Assembly: GCF_001194135.2 (NCBI RefSeq)
Contig: NC_068995.1
Coordinates: 14,396,694 to 14,460,693 of the forward strand
Origin: Octopus bimaculoides
Taxonomy: Eukaryota
Direction of reading: 5' to 3'
Length of the DNA: 64,000 nt
How positions within the stretch are numbered: position 1 is the first letter of the stretch; every line of letters begins with the position of its first letter. The notes under the pieces are model-generated. The model made no database searches. It saw only the letters and a program-made list of their open reading frames with translations, and was not told the DNA's origin. A program made the translations under genes and the position numbers. Below are positions 62,306-64,000 of the stretch, piece by piece.

Positions 62306-63711
62306 ATGTTAAAGTGTTCTTGTTTGATGTATAAATAAGTTATAACTGAGATGAGCCAACTTTAAGTCAATACCACCACCACTGCAATTGTCAGCATTGT
62401 TTCTACCAATATCACCATCATCACTGCAATCAGCATAATCATCATCATCATCATGACCACCACCACCACCATTGCAATTGCCACAATCCTCCTTTTCCCT
62501 TCCTCCTCCTTTGCCCTCCTCCTCCTCCTTTGTCCTCCTCCTCCTCCTTTGTCCTCCTCCTCCTCCTCCTCCTCCTCCTCCTCCTCATCATCATCATCAT
62601 CATAATCATCGTCACACACAGGCTGAGTAGAAAAGAATGGGTGGGGAGGTAGACAGCTAGAAAAAAAAAACAGGTAAGGTTAAGGGGTTGAGACAAGAAC
62701 TATGAGCTGAGGAAGATAGGAAGATGCAGATGAGGGGCATGCAGCAAGAATAAAAGGGGTAAAGACCCCCTTTCGGTCATAAATGACCATGGGATTTCAC
62801 CTAGAAAGTTACCTTCCGAGCAGTTGGAGCTGCAAGAGATAGATAATGGCGATGTGGTGGCCCTCACAAGGCACAGGCTGGGTAGGAGAATGATAGCGAT
62901 ATCAATATTTTGTACAATGAAGGCTGTAAACTGGCAGAAACGTTAGCACACCGGGCGAAATGCTTAGCGGTATTTCGTCTGCTGCTACGTTCTACGTTCA
63001 AATTCCGCCAAGGTCGACNNNNNNNNNNTAGCGGTATTTCGTCTGCTGCTACGTTCTACGTTCAAATTCCGCCAAGGTCGACTTTGCCTTTCATCTTTTC
63101 GGGGTCGATAAATTAGGTACCAATTGAACACTAGGGTCGATGTAATCGACTTAATCCCTTTGTCCCTGTTTGTCCTCTCTATGTTTAGCTCCTTGTGGGC
63201 AATAAAGAAATAAGAAACGTTTGCACGCCGGGCGTAATGCTTAGTGGTATTTCGTCTGTCTTTACATTCTGAGTTCAAATTCCGCCGAGGTTGACTTTGC
63301 CTTTCATCCTTTTGGGGTCGATAAATTAATTACCAGTTGCGTATTGGGGTCGATCTTATCGACTGGCCCCCTCCTGCAAAATTTCGGCCCTTGTGTCTAG
63401 AGTAGAAAAGACAGTTCCCAGGTTGTTTGTAAGTATGTGGTTGACTTCGTGCATACATATATGTAGGTTTATGCATCTGCACTTATACTTCTGTGTGTGT
63501 GTGTGTGTGTGTGTCTGTGATTACTTTTTATTTTAAGAATCTCTGATGAAGAATCTCAGGTATGTCTCATAAATTTTCACTGGTGTATGTGTGTGTGTGT
63601 GATTACTTTTTACATATTCTCCTTTGTAGGTGCCCACAACAAAGTGGGTACATACATTCATTTAAGGGTCTCAGATGAAGAATCTCAGGTATGTCTCATT
63701 AATTTTCTCTG

Positions 63712-63757
<46 letters not shown>

Positions 63758-64000
63758 CAGTAAAGAATGCAAAACGACACACGAACAGTCAAAGAACCAT
63801 TCGCAGATTCTACGTTTGCCCAAAGCAAAGAAATAATAGAGGTGAACAAGTAATACATTACTAGTTCCATTATGGATTATGCCATGCCTAAATGGCTCAT
63901 ACAAACTGCGAAAAGCACAAGTCAGTCAAGTACACTTCATATCACTACACGTTGCACACACAGACCACATCCTGAGACACCTACACAAGCCACGCCTATA

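Noticed and set aside
62965-63085. Tandem duplication of a SINE segment across a 10-N gap
   Set aside because: Identical sequence on both sides of a small gap indicates an unmerged contig overlap, an assembly artefact.

Overview
AT-rich, microsatellite- and SINE-dense animal DNA with several N-gaps. The repeat families look like those of a coleoid cephalopod (octopus-like); this is an inference. Two spliced genes could be rebuilt by hand from GT-AG junctions with consistent phases. (1) PUS7 (TruD-family pseudouridine synthase) is on the minus strand, with its ATG at 15890 and 12 coding exons running off the window start. (2) An 11-exon plus-strand gene (ATG 37444, stop 62305, 4122 nt, 1373 aa) has an unusual architecture: a SAM-like N-terminal domain, a low-complexity linker, a SAMD3-like domain, a polyQ tract, a basic helix and a C-terminal BTB/POZ domain. 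The 20-33 kb interval between the genes retains CpGs and holds several promoter-like elements. The rest is transposable-element debris: three tRNA-derived SINE families, RTE and R4/Dong-like LINE ends, Tc1/mariner and IS630-like fragments, Penelope-like ends, a pogo MITE and several hairpin MITEs, some carrying TTAGGG telomere-type repeats. All coordinates and translations were read by eye and no database searches were run.
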